Part shown: positions 48,632 to 58,755 of the stretch, piece after piece
How positions within the stretch are numbered: position 1 is the stretch's first letter
Layout: each line of letters begins with the position of its first letter
Assembly: GCA_944328645.1 (NCBI GenBank)
Contig: CALVHT010000164.1
Location: forward strand, 1 to 58,755
Direction of reading: 5' to 3'
DNA length: 58,755 nt
Origin: an uncultured Clostridia bacterium
GTDB lineage: Bacteria > Bacillota > Clostridia > Christensenellales > Borkfalkiaceae
Translations under genes and position numbers: made by a program
The notes under the pieces: model-generated
Told to the model about the DNA's origin: nothing
Databases searched by the model: none
The model's input: only the letters and a program-made list of their open reading frames with translations

Positions 48632-49444
48632 ATGAAAAAACAATTTAAGCTTGGTGTGATCGGCGGAGGGTTTATGGCGCAGGCAATTTTAAAGGGCGTT
48701 ATTTATTCCGATTTTTTACGTGCAAAAAAAATTATTGTCTCAGATGTGTCTGGGGAGGCCTTGGATAAATTAGACTATTTGGGTACCGCTTTAACCGAAA
48801 ATAACCGTGATGTTGCCGACAACAGCGAATACATTTTATTTGCTGTGAAACCGCAAAATTTTTTGACGGTTGCCGAAAGTTTGCATGGGCTTCCGATTGA
48901 AAAAGTGATTACAATCATGGCGGGTGTTCGAAAACAAAAGATCAAGGACGCGTTGTTCGGAAGATCAATCCGCGTTGCTCGGGCTATGCCTAATTTGCCG
49001 TGTTCGATCGGTTCTGGAATGACCGCATTAGATCTTTCGGATTTTGAGGACAATGTCGACGATTGTTCTTTCATCAATTCGATTTTTAGTAACTTAGGAA
49101 ACGTACTCAGCATCTCGGAAGATAAGCTCAATGCTGTGACCGGTATCAGCGGCAGCGGTCCGGCATATGTCTACATGTTTATTGATGGATTGATTCGTGC
49201 GGGGGTGAAGCAAGGCTTGACCGAAGATGAGGCGAAAACATTGGCAGTCACAACGGTTTTTGGCGGTGCAGAGATGGTTGCGCATGCGGAAGACAAGTCT
49301 CTGAATGATCTGATACTCGCGGTCTGCAGTAAGGGCGGAACAACCATCCAGGCTGTCGAGTCCTTTCGCGCGGATGATTTATACGGAACAATCGATCGCG
49401 CAGTCACAGCATGCGTTCAAAGAGCGGAGGAACTGTCTGAATAA
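48632..49444 (+). CDS. proC: Pyrroline-5-carboxylate reductase
   Basis: IGGGFMA, AVKPQ, RAMPN, SGSGPAY, VCSKGGTT. Confidence 0.95.
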   Translation: MKKQFKLGVIGGGFMAQAILKGVIYSDFLRAKKIIVSDVSGEALDKLDYLGTALTENNRDVADNSEYILFAVKPQNFLTVAESLHGLPIEKVITIMAGVRKQKIKDALFGRSIRVARAMPNLPCSIGSGMTALDLSDFEDNVDDCSFINSIFSNLGNVLSISEDKLNAVTGISGSGPAYVYMFIDGLIRAGVKQGLTEDEAKTLAVTTVFGGAEMVAHAEDKSLNDLILAVCSKGGTTIQAVESFRADDLYGTIDRAVTACVQRAEELSE

Positions 49445-49449
49445 GTTTC

Positions 49450-49890
49450 ATGAAAGAGGTCGATTTGTATACAGACGGTGCCTGTTCCGGCAACCCAGGC
49501 CCAGGCGGATATGCTGCAATTTTAATTTATCGCGGTCATGAGCGGGAAATCAGTGGAGGAGAAGCATCCACCACCAACAACCGCATGGAAATTACCGCCG
49601 TTATCGAAGGGTTGAAATGTTTGAAAGAGCGTTGTCGGGTTAATATATATAGCGATTCTGCCTATACGGTAAATGCCTTTAATAATCGGTGGATTGAGGG
49701 ATGGGTAAGCAGCGGCTGGCGAAAGCCGGACGGCAAGCCCTTAAGCAACGTTGAATTATGGCAACAACTTCTTTCTTTAGTTACGTTTCATGAAGTGAAA
49801 TTTATTAAGGTAAAAGGGCATGCCGACAACAAATACAATAATCGATGTGATGAATTAGCGCGTAAAGCAATCCAAAGAATAAATTCATAG
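49450..49890 (+). CDS. rnhA: Ribonuclease HI
   Basis: YTDGACSGNPGPGG, TNNRME, SDSAY, VKGHA..NNRCDELA. Confidence 0.97.
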   Translation: MKEVDLYTDGACSGNPGPGGYAAILIYRGHEREISGGEASTTNNRMEITAVIEGLKCLKERCRVNIYSDSAYTVNAFNNRWIEGWVSSGWRKPDGKPLSNVELWQQLLSLVTFHEVKFIKVKGHADNKYNNRCDELARKAIQRINS

Positions 49891-49955
49891 GCATGAGGAT
49901 TGTTAAAAATGGATATAGTATAGTATCGAATTATTTATAAAACCGGTTTTAAGAA

Positions 49956-50993
49956 ATGAAAGATACGTTAAAAAAAGCAATTCCATTGGCTCTATTTCTA
50001 ATTACATCGATCGCAACTATTTTTTTAAGCATACGATGTATGGCAGGATTTCAGTCCGGATTCCTTGCCGAATATGCCGCGATTATAACATCCACGCTTG
50101 TCACTTTTGAAATTTTATATTGCATCGCTGCGCTCATTTTTTTACTGCTGAAAAAAAATATCATTTTTAAATTTTTGCTGTCCGGTGCAGTGTTGGCGGC
50201 GATTTTGTTATTGGGCTTGTTTTTATTTCAAATTACAGGTTTGCTCGATAAAATTGATTCGATCGAAGATTTGCGAAAAATGGTCGAATCAATAGGAGCC
50301 TGGCCACAATTGGTTTTTGTTGTCATTCAAATTCTACAGGTATTTTTACTTCCGTTGCCGGGCGTTTTGACTGTTGGGGCAGGCGTTGCGATGTTCGGTG
50401 AGTTCGAGGCCTGTCTTTTGAGTTATATTGGAATTGTAATTGGTTCGTGTATTGCTTTTTTGATTGGGAGAGTTGTTGGGTATCGTGCCGCCGCTTGGTT
50501 GGTCGGAAAAGAATCGCTGGATAAATGGCTGCTTAAGATCAAAGGGAAGGACCGACGTATCTTAACCGTCATGTTTTTACTTCCTGTCTTCCCGGATGAT
50601 ATTCTATGCGTTGTTGCCGGGCTATCCACCATGTCATGGCGGTATTTTATTGTGACGCAGCTGATTGCGCGCGCAATCTCTGTTGTTGCAACCAGCTATT
50701 CATTGGGAGGAAGTATCATTCCATACAATACATGGTGGGGGATTCTTCTTTGGATTTTGATTGCTGTCGCAATTCTTGCCTTGTTCATTGCCATTTATAA
50801 AAAAGGGGACAAAATTGAGCAATGGATTTTTTCATTGTTTTCCAAGAGGAAACAACCCCAATATAGTAAGGCGAAGAAAGATGCGTCTCTTTCGTTGAAA
50901 CAAACAACTGCTTGCTCGCCCAAGAAAACACATGGACGCGAGCATGTCAGCAAAGAGCGAAACAACTCTGAGTATATACCACCAACTAAGTAA
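49956..50993 (+). CDS. DedA/TVP38/TMEM64 family membrane protein
   Basis: LQVFLLPLPG, GSCIAFLIGR, LLPVFPDDIL..AGL. Confidence 0.85.
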   Translation: MKDTLKKAIPLALFLITSIATIFLSIRCMAGFQSGFLAEYAAIITSTLVTFEILYCIAALIFLLLKKNIIFKFLLSGAVLAAILLLGLFLFQITGLLDKIDSIEDLRKMVESIGAWPQLVFVVIQILQVFLLPLPGVLTVGAGVAMFGEFEACLLSYIGIVIGSCIAFLIGRVVGYRAAAWLVGKESLDKWLLKIKGKDRRILTVMFLLPVFPDDILCVVAGLSTMSWRYFIVTQLIARAISVVATSYSLGGSIIPYNTWWGILLWILIAVAILALFIAIYKKGDKIEQWIFSLFSKRKQPQYSKAKKDASLSLKQTTACSPKKTHGREHVSKERNNSEYIPPTK

Positions 50994-51161
50994 TAAAATG
51001 AGTGGCGGATATGGATATATCGCCCTCTTTTTTACATTTAGAAAGTACTATGTCATACATTTTTAATGAAATTGGTTGCCTCAAAACAAGAAGGGGTTTT
51101 TGATTGTTATTTTTTACTGAATATGGTATAATGAACACATATTGAAGATTGTGAGGTTATA

Positions 51162-52739
51162 ATGTTACAAGTCTCGAACGTCAGTTTACAGTATGGAAGC
51201 AAAAAGTTGTTTGAAGACGTAAACCTTAAATTTACAAAAGGCAACTGCTATGGGATTATCGGTGCAAACGGAGCAGGGAAATCAACGTTTTTAAAGGTCC
51301 TTTCTGGTGAAATCGAACCCAATAAAGGGGAGGTTTCTCTCGATAAAAATGAACGTATGTCCGTTTTAATGCAAAACCAAAATGCATATGACGAGCAAAC
51401 AGTCGTTCGTACGGTAATGTTAGGGCATCGTCGATTGGTTGAGATCATGGACGAGAAAGACGCCTTGTATGCAAAACCCGATTTTTCGGAAGAGGATGGA
51501 ATCCGTGCGTCGGAATTAGAAAGCGAGTTTTCCGAATTAAACGGGTGGGAGGCTGAATCTGAGGCCGAGACATTATTAAACGAACTGGATATTCCAACCG
51601 ATTACCATGCAAAACTTATGTGTGAGCTGGACGCAAAAATGAAGGTCAAAGTCTTGCTTGCGCAAGCTTTATTTGGCAATCCAGACGTACTATTGTTGGA
51701 CGAACCAACAAATAATTTGGACATAAAAACGGTTCGTTGGTTGGAAAATTATTTGTTGGATTTTGAAAATACAATTATTATTGTGTCACACAATCGGCAT
51801 TTTTTGAACAAGGTCTGTACCTATATTTGCGATGTTGATTTTGGCAAGATTCAGCTTTATTTAGGGAATTATGATTTTTGGTACCAAACAAGCCAACTGA
51901 TTGCGCGGCAAATGCGCGACCAAAACAAAAAAATGGAGCAACGCGCCAAGGAATTACAAGATTTTATCGCTCGGTTTGCGGCCAATGCTTCCAAATCCAA
52001 GCAGGCGACCTCGCGAAAAAAGGAGCTGGAACGTCTGACCTTGAATGACATTAAACCTTCTTTACGAAAATACCCGTTTATCGATTTCAAGTTTGAACGT
52101 GAGATCGGAAACGATATTCTGATTGTGGAAAACCTTTCCAAAGAAGGATATTTTCATGATTTAAATTTTATTGTGCAAAAAAATGAAAAAATAGGCTTTG
52201 TAAGCGACAAGAGTACGACCATTTCTATGCTTTTTGACTTGCTTACCGGCAAAACTCAGCCGGACAGCGGTACAATCAAGTGGGGAAAAACGATCAGTGT
52301 TTCATATTTACCCCAAAATAACAATGAATATTTTGATCATTGTGATTTAACATTGGTCGAATGGTTGAGTCAATTTTCGAATGATCACTACGAAGAGTTT
52401 TTGCGCGGTTGGCTTGGCCGTATGCTTTTTTCAGGAGATGAGGCACTGAAAAAAGCAAAGGTACTCTCCGGAGGAGAAAAAGTCCGTTGCATGCTGGCTA
52501 AAATGATGTTGGAAGGAAGCAATTTCTTAATTATGGACGAGCCAACCAACCATTTAGATCTAGAGTCAATTACGGCACTCAATAATGGAATGAATAATTT
52601 TAAAGGATGCATGTTGTTTACCTCACATGACCAAGAATTGATGACGACGGTCACAAATCGAATTATTGAGATCAACGAGACCAAAACTTTTGATAAAAAT
52701 GTCAATTATGACGAGTATCTTGATTTGACAAGTGAATAG
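51162..52739 (+). CDS. ABC-F family ATPase (YbiT/YkpA-like)
   Basis: Two NBDs, GANGAGKST, LDEPTNNLD, GNYDFWY, SKSKQATSRKK linker, LSGGEKVR; no TM domains. Confidence 0.92.
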   Translation: MLQVSNVSLQYGSKKLFEDVNLKFTKGNCYGIIGANGAGKSTFLKVLSGEIEPNKGEVSLDKNERMSVLMQNQNAYDEQTVVRTVMLGHRRLVEIMDEKDALYAKPDFSEEDGIRASELESEFSELNGWEAESEAETLLNELDIPTDYHAKLMCELDAKMKVKVLLAQALFGNPDVLLLDEPTNNLDIKTVRWLENYLLDFENTIIIVSHNRHFLNKVCTYICDVDFGKIQLYLGNYDFWYQTSQLIARQMRDQNKKMEQRAKELQDFIARFAANASKSKQATSRKKELERLTLNDIKPSLRKYPFIDFKFEREIGNDILIVENLSKEGYFHDLNFIVQKNEKIGFVSDKSTTISMLFDLLTGKTQPDSGTIKWGKTISVSYLPQNNNEYFDHCDLTLVEWLSQFSNDHYEEFLRGWLGRMLFSGDEALKKAKVLSGGEKVRCMLAKMMLEGSNFLIMDEPTNHLDLESITALNNGMNNFKGCMLFTSHDQELMTTVTNRIIEINETKTFDKNVNYDEYLDLTSE

Positions 52740-52744
52740 AAATT

Positions 52745-53605
52745 ATGTATCCTTATAGTTTAATTCGATTTCCCGACGGGAGCGGAATCAGTCTATACGA
52801 AATATTTATTTTGATCGGCGTAATCGCTGCGATCGTCACATTTAGTATTTTAGCCGAAAAACGCGGCATGCCGCACCGCTTACAGAATTTAATTCTCTTT
52901 GGCGGCGTTATATCGTTTGTCGTCGGGTATGGATCGGCAGTCCTGTTTCAAGCAATCTATAACGCCCTAGAAACGGGCATCTTTGTAATCAATAAAAACA
53001 CGGGCGCGACTTTTTATGGAGGATTTCTTGGCGGGGCCGCCTGCATGTTGTTAATTTATTTTATCGGCGGAAAAATTCTTTATCGGCATGAGCTCGTTTC
53101 TTTGAGGTGGTTTCCTACTTTTGCGAATATCGCAGCTGCTTGTGTGGCATTAGCGCATGGGTTCGGCCGTATCGGATGCTTGATGGGCGGTTGTTGCCAT
53201 GGCGGAGAAACGGATGCATGGTATGGCATACCGATGGATATCGGTGCCTTGGACGGCGAATATGTAAAGGTCGTTCCTTTACAACTCTATGAGGCGATTT
53301 TTTTGCTGGGGTTGGCCGCTTTTTTGATTGTACGCATCTTACAGAAGAAAGGAATGGCTGCTCCGCTCTATTTTTTAATCTATGGAGTTTGGCGCTTTTT
53401 TATTGAATTTTTTCGTGCCGACGATCGCGGGGCTTCGTTTATTCCGGCGCTTTCGCCTTCGCAAGTTACTGCGCTTTTTTTGATTTTGGTCGGGATTGGG
53501 ATCTATTGTGCATATTTTATCATTCGAAAAAAATATGGCGCAGATTTTTTCCAAAAATTGCCAAAAGAAGCGGAAAGCTCGGGGGGTGGATCTAAACAGG
53601 AATAG
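52745..53605 (+). CDS. lgt: Prolipoprotein diacylglyceryl transferase family protein
   Basis: FYGG, GRIGC..GCCHG, PLQLYE, YGVWRFFIEFFR. Confidence 0.85.
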   Translation: MYPYSLIRFPDGSGISLYEIFILIGVIAAIVTFSILAEKRGMPHRLQNLILFGGVISFVVGYGSAVLFQAIYNALETGIFVINKNTGATFYGGFLGGAACMLLIYFIGGKILYRHELVSLRWFPTFANIAAACVALAHGFGRIGCLMGGCCHGGETDAWYGIPMDIGALDGEYVKVVPLQLYEAIFLLGLAAFLIVRILQKKGMAAPLYFLIYGVWRFFIEFFRADDRGASFIPALSPSQVTALFLILVGIGIYCAYFIIRKKYGADFFQKLPKEAESSGGGSKQE

Positions 53606-53663
53606 TAGTTTCATGAATAGAATAGATTTTTTTTAATATAAATAATTAAGGAGGATTAATTTT

Positions 53664-54071
53664 ATGGATGAAAATAAAAACATCGAGGAAGAACCGCAAA
53701 AGCCTGCGCATGAAGACGCTCCGAATGCTGAAGAGGAGAACGGACTCAATGAACAGCAACAAAAAAAGCTTATTTTTGTTTTAGCATACTTGTTTGGAAT
53801 TTTGTTTTTTTTGCCGCTTTTGGTCTATCCGCAGGATGCAAATGCACGCTTCCACGCCAACCAGGCTTTAATTCTCTTATTGACGGCATTTGTTGGTGAA
53901 GTGTTGTTTTCGATCTTAACTTTAATTCCGTATGTTGGTGTTGTGTTTGCCATTCTCTGCGGTTTGTTAGGGTTGCTTATTTTAGTTGCATGCATCTACT
54001 GTATAGTATGCATCTTAAAAGGGGATAAAGGCGAACTTCCCATCATCGGTAAGATTCGAATTATTCGATAA
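53664..54071 (+). CDS. Membrane protein (DUF4870-like)
   Basis: LAYLFGILFFLP, RFHANQAL, LPIIG; GGAGG RBS. Confidence 0.7.
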   Translation: MDENKNIEEEPQKPAHEDAPNAEEENGLNEQQQKKLIFVLAYLFGILFFLPLLVYPQDANARFHANQALILLLTAFVGEVLFSILTLIPYVGVVFAILCGLLGLLILVACIYCIVCILKGDKGELPIIGKIRIIR

Positions 54072-54191
54072 GTATTAGCAGCTCGTTGAATACGGGCTGC
54101 TTTTTTAGAGGGTTTTTTGGGATTGCCTTGCAAAATAGATTTCAATTTGATATAATAAATTTATCAAGACGTTACAAAGCAAAGGAATTTT

Positions 54192-56747
54192 ATGCAAAAA
54201 TTAGTGTTAATAGATGGAAACAGTTTGTTGAATCGTGCTTTTTATGCAACAAAACTTTTAACAACCAAAGATGGCACGCCGACCAACGCTGTTTACGGAT
54301 TTGTCAAACTTTTGTTAAAAGTGATTGCCGATATTCAGCCAGACCGTTTGATTCTTACATTCGATCGAAAAGCACCGACCTTTCGCCATAAACTTTATGA
54401 CGGGTATAAGGCGACAAGGAAACCGATGCCCAACGATTTGGCTGTTCAAGTTGAAATCTTAAAAGAATTATTGCGTTCCATGCGGTTTACTCTTTGTGAA
54501 AAAGATGGTTTTGAAGCTGATGATTTGATCGGAACTCTCTCGCACTGTTTTGACGATACAAAAAGCATTATAATCACCGGAGATCGAGACGCCTACCAAT
54601 TAGTGGATTCAAAAACAGACGTCTATATCACAAAAACAGGTGTAAGCGAGTTGTTAAAACTCACGATAGAAAATTTTCAAGAAACGGTCGGCTATGCTCC
54701 TGACCGAGTTGTCGATTTGAAAGCATTGATGGGAGACAGCTCTGACAATATACCCGGTGTACCTGGCGTAGGAGAGAAAACAGCTTTAGATCTCATTCGT
54801 CGTTATGAAAGTTTGGACGACCTATACAGTCATTTGGATGACATTGCGCCGAAAATTCGCGCCAAACTAGAGGCCGGGAAGCAGTCTGCATACCTTTCGC
54901 GGACCTTAGCAACCATTGACCGGAATGTGCCGCTTGATCTGCCAGAGAATGCCGGTAGGATTTATGCAACGTATCCTGCGGAGGTTCGAACACAATTTCA
55001 ACAACTTGAGTTTACCTCTTTGTTGAAAATGGATATTTTTGAGGAGCTCGCTCGCCCTTGTTCCGCGGTCGAGAGCCAAGTAGAAAAGATTCTTGTAACC
55101 GATGTTGCTAATTTTCTGCAGGAATTCTCAGTATTTCCTGTCTTTTCTGCTGTTTTCTTTGCTGACAATCTTCACTTTTATGCCAACAATACAGAATTTA
55201 TACTCCCTCAGCAAAAAACCTTATTGGATGTAGGACTCAGTGAATCGCAAATGGCATATGTGTTACAGGAGATTTTTTCAGACGAAAATAAGAAAGCAAT
55301 CCTTTACGGAAAAAAAGATTTTCGGCACCGGTTGCGCCGTTACAATGTTTTTCTCCATTCTAGCGCAGAGGACGTTTCTTTGATAAAATATTTGGTCGAT
55401 TATACAGGGAAAGAAGATGATTTGTCTTTTGTTTTACAGTCGAGTGGGCTAAACATTGATTTCCCTGCCTGTGGAGTATTTTGCCTCTATAATCAGCTTC
55501 TTGCAAAGCTACAGACCGAACATATGGAGCGCCTTTATCGCGATTTGGAACTTCCGCTCAGCGACGTTTTATACGACATGGAATGCTGCGGTGTAAAAGT
55601 GGATACAAAAACTTCCTATATATTGGAGCAACGTTATCGAAAAAAAATTGCAGAAATTACGGCAGAAATTTATCAGCAGGCAGGGGAGCAATTCAATCTC
55701 AACTCACCGGCGCAGTTGGGTAAAATATTATTTGAAAAAATGGGCCTGCCTTCGCCGAAGAAAGGGAAGCGGGGGTATTCGACCAGTGCGGATATCTTAG
55801 AGAAATACGCGGCAGATTATCCCGTTGTACGGAATGTGTTGGACTGCCGACATTACCAAAAGTTGCTTTCAACATATATCGATGGATTTAAACCTCTTAT
55901 TCACCCTGAAACCGGGCTTGTGCATACCTCTTTCAACCAAATTCAAACCGCAACGGGACGCTTGTCTAGCGCCAATCCCAATCTTCAAAATATTCCCGTT
56001 CGTGACGAAGAGGGGCGCGAGCTGCGTAAACTCTTTGTAGCTCGTTCTCCTGACCGCGTCCTGATCGATGCCGATTATTCGCAAATCGAGCTTCGACTTT
56101 TGGCCCATTTTTCTGGGTGTAAAGAATTAATCGAAGCTTATCGCCAAGGAAAAGACATCCATACGCTTACAGCTTCACAAGTGTTCGGGGTCTCTTTGGA
56201 AGATGTTACTCCCGCACAGCGCCGTGCGGCAAAAGCAGTCAATTTTGGAATTATCTACGGAATCAGTGATTTTGGCTTAGCCTCAAATCTAAATATATCG
56301 CCGAAACAGGCAGGCGAATATATTAAAAAATACTTTGAGACGTATTCCGATGTAAAAAAATATATGGATTCCAATGTTGCTTTTGCCAAAAAAAATGGGT
56401 TCATCACAACTTTGCTTGGGCGTAAACGGATGATTCCGGAGATCCTATCATCCAATTTTAACATCCGTTCATTTGGTGAGCGTGCGGCAATGAATATGCC
56501 CTTACAGGGGAGCAGTGCAGACATCATCAAACTTGCAATGATTCGTTTGACGGAGCATCTTCGAAAGGATGGTTTCCGCGCCCAATTGATTTTGCAAGTA
56601 CACGATGAACTTGTAATCGATGCGCCTATGTCAGAGCAAGAAGAAGTCGCTCAGATTTTAAAATCAGAAATGGAAAATGCCGTGACCTTACAGGTTCCTT
56701 TGGTCGCAGAAATTCATTTTGGTAAAAACTGGTATGAAGCAAAATAA
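54192..56747 (+). CDS. polA: DNA polymerase I
   Basis: LIDGNS, EADD, GDSSDNIPGV 5' nuclease; TGRLSS, DYSQIELR, KAVNFG, QVHDEL polymerase motifs. Confidence 0.97.
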   Translation: MQKLVLIDGNSLLNRAFYATKLLTTKDGTPTNAVYGFVKLLLKVIADIQPDRLILTFDRKAPTFRHKLYDGYKATRKPMPNDLAVQVEILKELLRSMRFTLCEKDGFEADDLIGTLSHCFDDTKSIIITGDRDAYQLVDSKTDVYITKTGVSELLKLTIENFQETVGYAPDRVVDLKALMGDSSDNIPGVPGVGEKTALDLIRRYESLDDLYSHLDDIAPKIRAKLEAGKQSAYLSRTLATIDRNVPLDLPENAGRIYATYPAEVRTQFQQLEFTSLLKMDIFEELARPCSAVESQVEKILVTDVANFLQEFSVFPVFSAVFFADNLHFYANNTEFILPQQKTLLDVGLSESQMAYVLQEIFSDENKKAILYGKKDFRHRLRRYNVFLHSSAEDVSLIKYLVDYTGKEDDLSFVLQSSGLNIDFPACGVFCLYNQLLAKLQTEHMERLYRDLELPLSDVLYDMECCGVKVDTKTSYILEQRYRKKIAEITAEIYQQAGEQFNLNSPAQLGKILFEKMGLPSPKKGKRGYSTSADILEKYAADYPVVRNVLDCRHYQKLLSTYIDGFKPLIHPETGLVHTSFNQIQTATGRLSSANPNLQNIPVRDEEGRELRKLFVARSPDRVLIDADYSQIELRLLAHFSGCKELIEAYRQGKDIHTLTASQVFGVSLEDVTPAQRRAAKAVNFGIIYGISDFGLASNLNISPKQAGEYIKKYFETYSDVKKYMDSNVAFAKKNGFITTLLGRKRMIPEILSSNFNIRSFGERAAMNMPLQGSSADIIKLAMIRLTEHLRKDGFRAQLILQVHDELVIDAPMSEQEEVAQILKSEMENAVTLQVPLVAEIHFGKNWYEAK

Positions 56748-57339
56748 GCAAAAATTTATAGCGGTCACCGGCGGAATCGGTAGCGGGAAATCGACTGTTT
56801 TGTCTATACTTTCAGACATGGGATACGCCGTATATTCAGCAGACCTCGTCGCAAAAAAAATCTACGATGAACCGCAAGTGTTTAGAGCAATCGCCAAAGC
56901 GTTTCCCGATTGTATTTTTAACGAATCTGTCGATCGAAAAAAACTTGCAGAGCTTGTTTTTACGGATGAAAAAGCATTAAAATTATTGAATGCGATCACA
57001 CATCCGGTCATCATGTCGCTTTTAAGAAAGTCCATGGAAAATGCAACAGGTCAACTGGTTTTTGCTGAAGTGCCTCTCTTATTTGAGGGGGGGTACACAA
57101 AACTGTTTGACGCTATCATCGTTCTTTATCGCGACTTAACAGAGCGTATTCAAGCTGTTTCTCTTCGTGACCATATAGACAAGGAAAAAGTGTTGCAACG
57201 AATAAAAAATCAATGGAATTATGCAGAAAAATTGCCGGATGCGCATACTGATATATATACAATAATCAACGATGCCGACCTGCCAGCCTTGTGTGAGCAG
57301 GTCCGACAGGTCATTCATGAGTTGGAAAACAAAAAATAG
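56734..57339 (+). CDS. coaE: Dephospho-CoA kinase
   Basis: TGGIGSGKS, DRKKL, LNAITHP, EVPLLFE; follows polA. Confidence 0.93.
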   Translation: MKQNKQKFIAVTGGIGSGKSTVLSILSDMGYAVYSADLVAKKIYDEPQVFRAIAKAFPDCIFNESVDRKKLAELVFTDEKALKLLNAITHPVIMSLLRKSMENATGQLVFAEVPLLFEGGYTKLFDAIIVLYRDLTERIQAVSLRDHIDKEKVLQRIKNQWNYAEKLPDAHTDIYTIINDADLPALCEQVRQVIHELENKK

Positions 57340-57862
57340 CGTTCGAATTAAATTATTTTGTGGAGCCATGTCCATTTGTTTTTTGGCAGTAGGATTCCTT
57401 TGCTTCTATCATTTATACATTCCGAAACATTTCGAACGAGAAGTCCTTGCCGCCGCCGCGCAATTTTCAGTTGACAATAATTTAATCTATGCCGTCATGC
57501 GTGCAGAAAGTAACTTTCGTGCAGATGCATGCAGTCGTTCTGGCGCGGTAGGGTTGATGCAGATTATGCCCTCTACCGCAGAATTTATATGCACTCAGGC
57601 TGGAACCGAGTGGGATGTTCATGATCCGGAAGAAAATATTTTATTGGGTGTTTGGTATTTGCGATATCTGGAAGGAAAATTCCAGGATTTAGACACTGTT
57701 TTGGCTGCATATAATGCAGGAGAAGGAGTCGTGCGGCGATGGCTAAGCAACCCGGAATATATCGATAAAAATGGTTTTTTATTTTCTATTCCATACGCAG
57801 AGACAGAACGTTATGTACATCGGGTAAAAAATTTTTATTTTTGTTATAAATTCTTCTACTGA
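57317..57862 (+). CDS. SLT-domain lytic transglycosylase
   Basis: [27 protein letters not shown]; start approximate. Confidence 0.88.
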   Translation: MSWKTKNSVRIKLFCGAMSICFLAVGFLCFYHLYIPKHFEREVLAAAAQFSVDNNLIYAVMRAESNFRADACSRSGAVGLMQIMPSTAEFICTQAGTEWDVHDPEENILLGVWYLRYLEGKFQDLDTVLAAYNAGEGVVRRWLSNPEYIDKNGFLFSIPYAETERYVHRVKNFYFCYKFFY

Positions 57863-57907
57863 GTAACTTGACTTTTCACACTGTCTATGGTAAAATTTAT
57901 AATGTTT

Positions 57908-57992
57908 GTGAGGATGGCGGAACTGGCAGACGCGTACGTTTGAGGGGCGTATGGAGAAATCCGTGTGGGTTCAAGTCCCATTCTTCACACCA
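57908..57992 (+). tRNA. tRNA-Leu (GAG)
   Basis: GTGAGGA/TCTTCAC acceptor stem, TACGT-TT-GAG-GG-GCGTA, long variable arm, encoded CCA. Confidence 0.93.
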
Positions 57993-57996
57993 AATC

Positions 57997-58051
57997 CGGC
58001 AACCGGCGGGTTGCCGAAGAACCTCGGTTTTGCCGAGGTTCTTCGTTTTTT
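57997..58051 (+). terminator. Tandem hairpins / terminator after tRNA-Leu
   Basis: CGGCAACC..GGTTGCCG then AAGAACCTCGG..CCGAGGTTCTT followed by T tract. Confidence 0.65.
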
Positions 58052-58115
58052 AACAAGAATTTGCGTTTTGAAATTCTCGTTGCGTGAATGATAAAATTAA
58101 CAGGAGCAGTTTGGC

Positions 58116-58755
58116 ATGTTGTATGATGTTGCGGTTGTCGGCGGTGGCGTAATTGGCGCATTCTGTGCCAGGGAATTAAAAAAATATGAATTAAATGTCA
58201 TCGTGTTGGAAGGCTCGGAAGATATTTTGGCTGGTGCAAGCCGTGCAAACAGCGGAATTGTGCATGCGGGATTCGATGCGCCGGCCGGAACATGCAAGGC
58301 TAAGTTTAATTTTTGGGGAAATCAGCGGATGCAGACAGTATGCGCAGAACTTGGCGTAAAGTATGCACCCGTCGGTTCATTGGTTCTTGCCGGAGCACAA
58401 GAACGCCAAACGTTGGAAGAGCTGATGGCCCGCGGCAAAAAGAACGGAGTGCCAAACTTAGAAATTTTGGATCGATCGGATCTCATGCGATTGGAGCCGA
58501 ACGTATCCCTTGAAGCGGCCTGGGCTCTTTGGGCACCTACGGGCGGCATTGTTTGTCCGTACGGTCTTACAATTGCGGCTATGGGAAATGCAATGGATAA
58601 TGGGGTAGAACTACGATGCGGATTTTTTGTCGATCGCGTCGAACCCTGTTCGAACGGCTGGGCGCTGTATTCTTCTGCGAGCGGTAGCCCGGTGCACACG
58701 AAAGTTGTCGTGAACTGTGCCGGCTTCGGCGCAGAACGTTTAGCAAACCTTTTTA
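58116..58755 (+). CDS. FAD-dependent oxidoreductase, GlpA/LhgO-like (3' truncated; absent from ORF track)
   Basis: AGGAG RBS; MLYDVAVVGGGVIG, ASRANSGIVHAGFD, EPN, VVNCAG. Confidence 0.9.
   Translation, partial: MLYDVAVVGGGVIGAFCARELKKYELNVIVLEGSEDILAGASRANSGIVHAGFDAPAGTCKAKFNFWGNQRMQTVCAELGVKYAPVGSLVLAGAQERQTLEELMARGKKNGVPNLEILDRSDLMRLEPNVSLEAAWALWAPTGGIVCPYGLTIAAMGNAMDNGVELRCGFFVDRVEPCSNGWALYSSASGSPVHTKVVVNCAGFGAERLANLF

Noticed and set aside
1-58755. CRISPR arrays, prophage, rRNA, restriction or other defence genes, oriC
   Set aside because: No regularly spaced repeats, phage or defence motifs, rRNA-like sequence or DnaA-box cluster seen by eye

Overview
Mostly housekeeping chromosome from a probably spore-forming Clostridia-like Firmicute (standard code, most core genes on +). 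It contains partial thrS, L20 leader-infC-rpmI-rplT, proA, typA, a yabP-yabQ-divIC-ppx-M50 chain, gyrB-gyrA, a P-type ATPase, serS, lexA, purB, a two-gene sufC-sufB(D) pair, proC, rnhA, lgt, polA, coaE and four tRNAs (Glu-CTC, Leu-CAA, Trp-CCA, Leu-GAG). An accessory block of about 17 kb lies between a decayed IS200 and tRNA-Trp. It holds an enlarged Opp-type ABC transporter and a two-component system followed by HtrA-like and Cthe_2159-like lipoproteins. The main anomalies are: (1) the GyrB catalytic EGDSA motif reads ACASA, a real change or an assembly error; (2) a 48-aa four-CxxC microprotein missed by the ORF track, with a sigmaG-like promoter; (3) a Cys-rich small protein plus ydbC divergent from lexA around a candidate SOS box; (4) insertions in four Opp subunits, including a 123-aa tandem duplication in OppA; (5) candidate small RNAs and small proteins. 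I saw no CRISPR array, prophage or defence system. All calls come from reading the sequence by eye; no searches were run.
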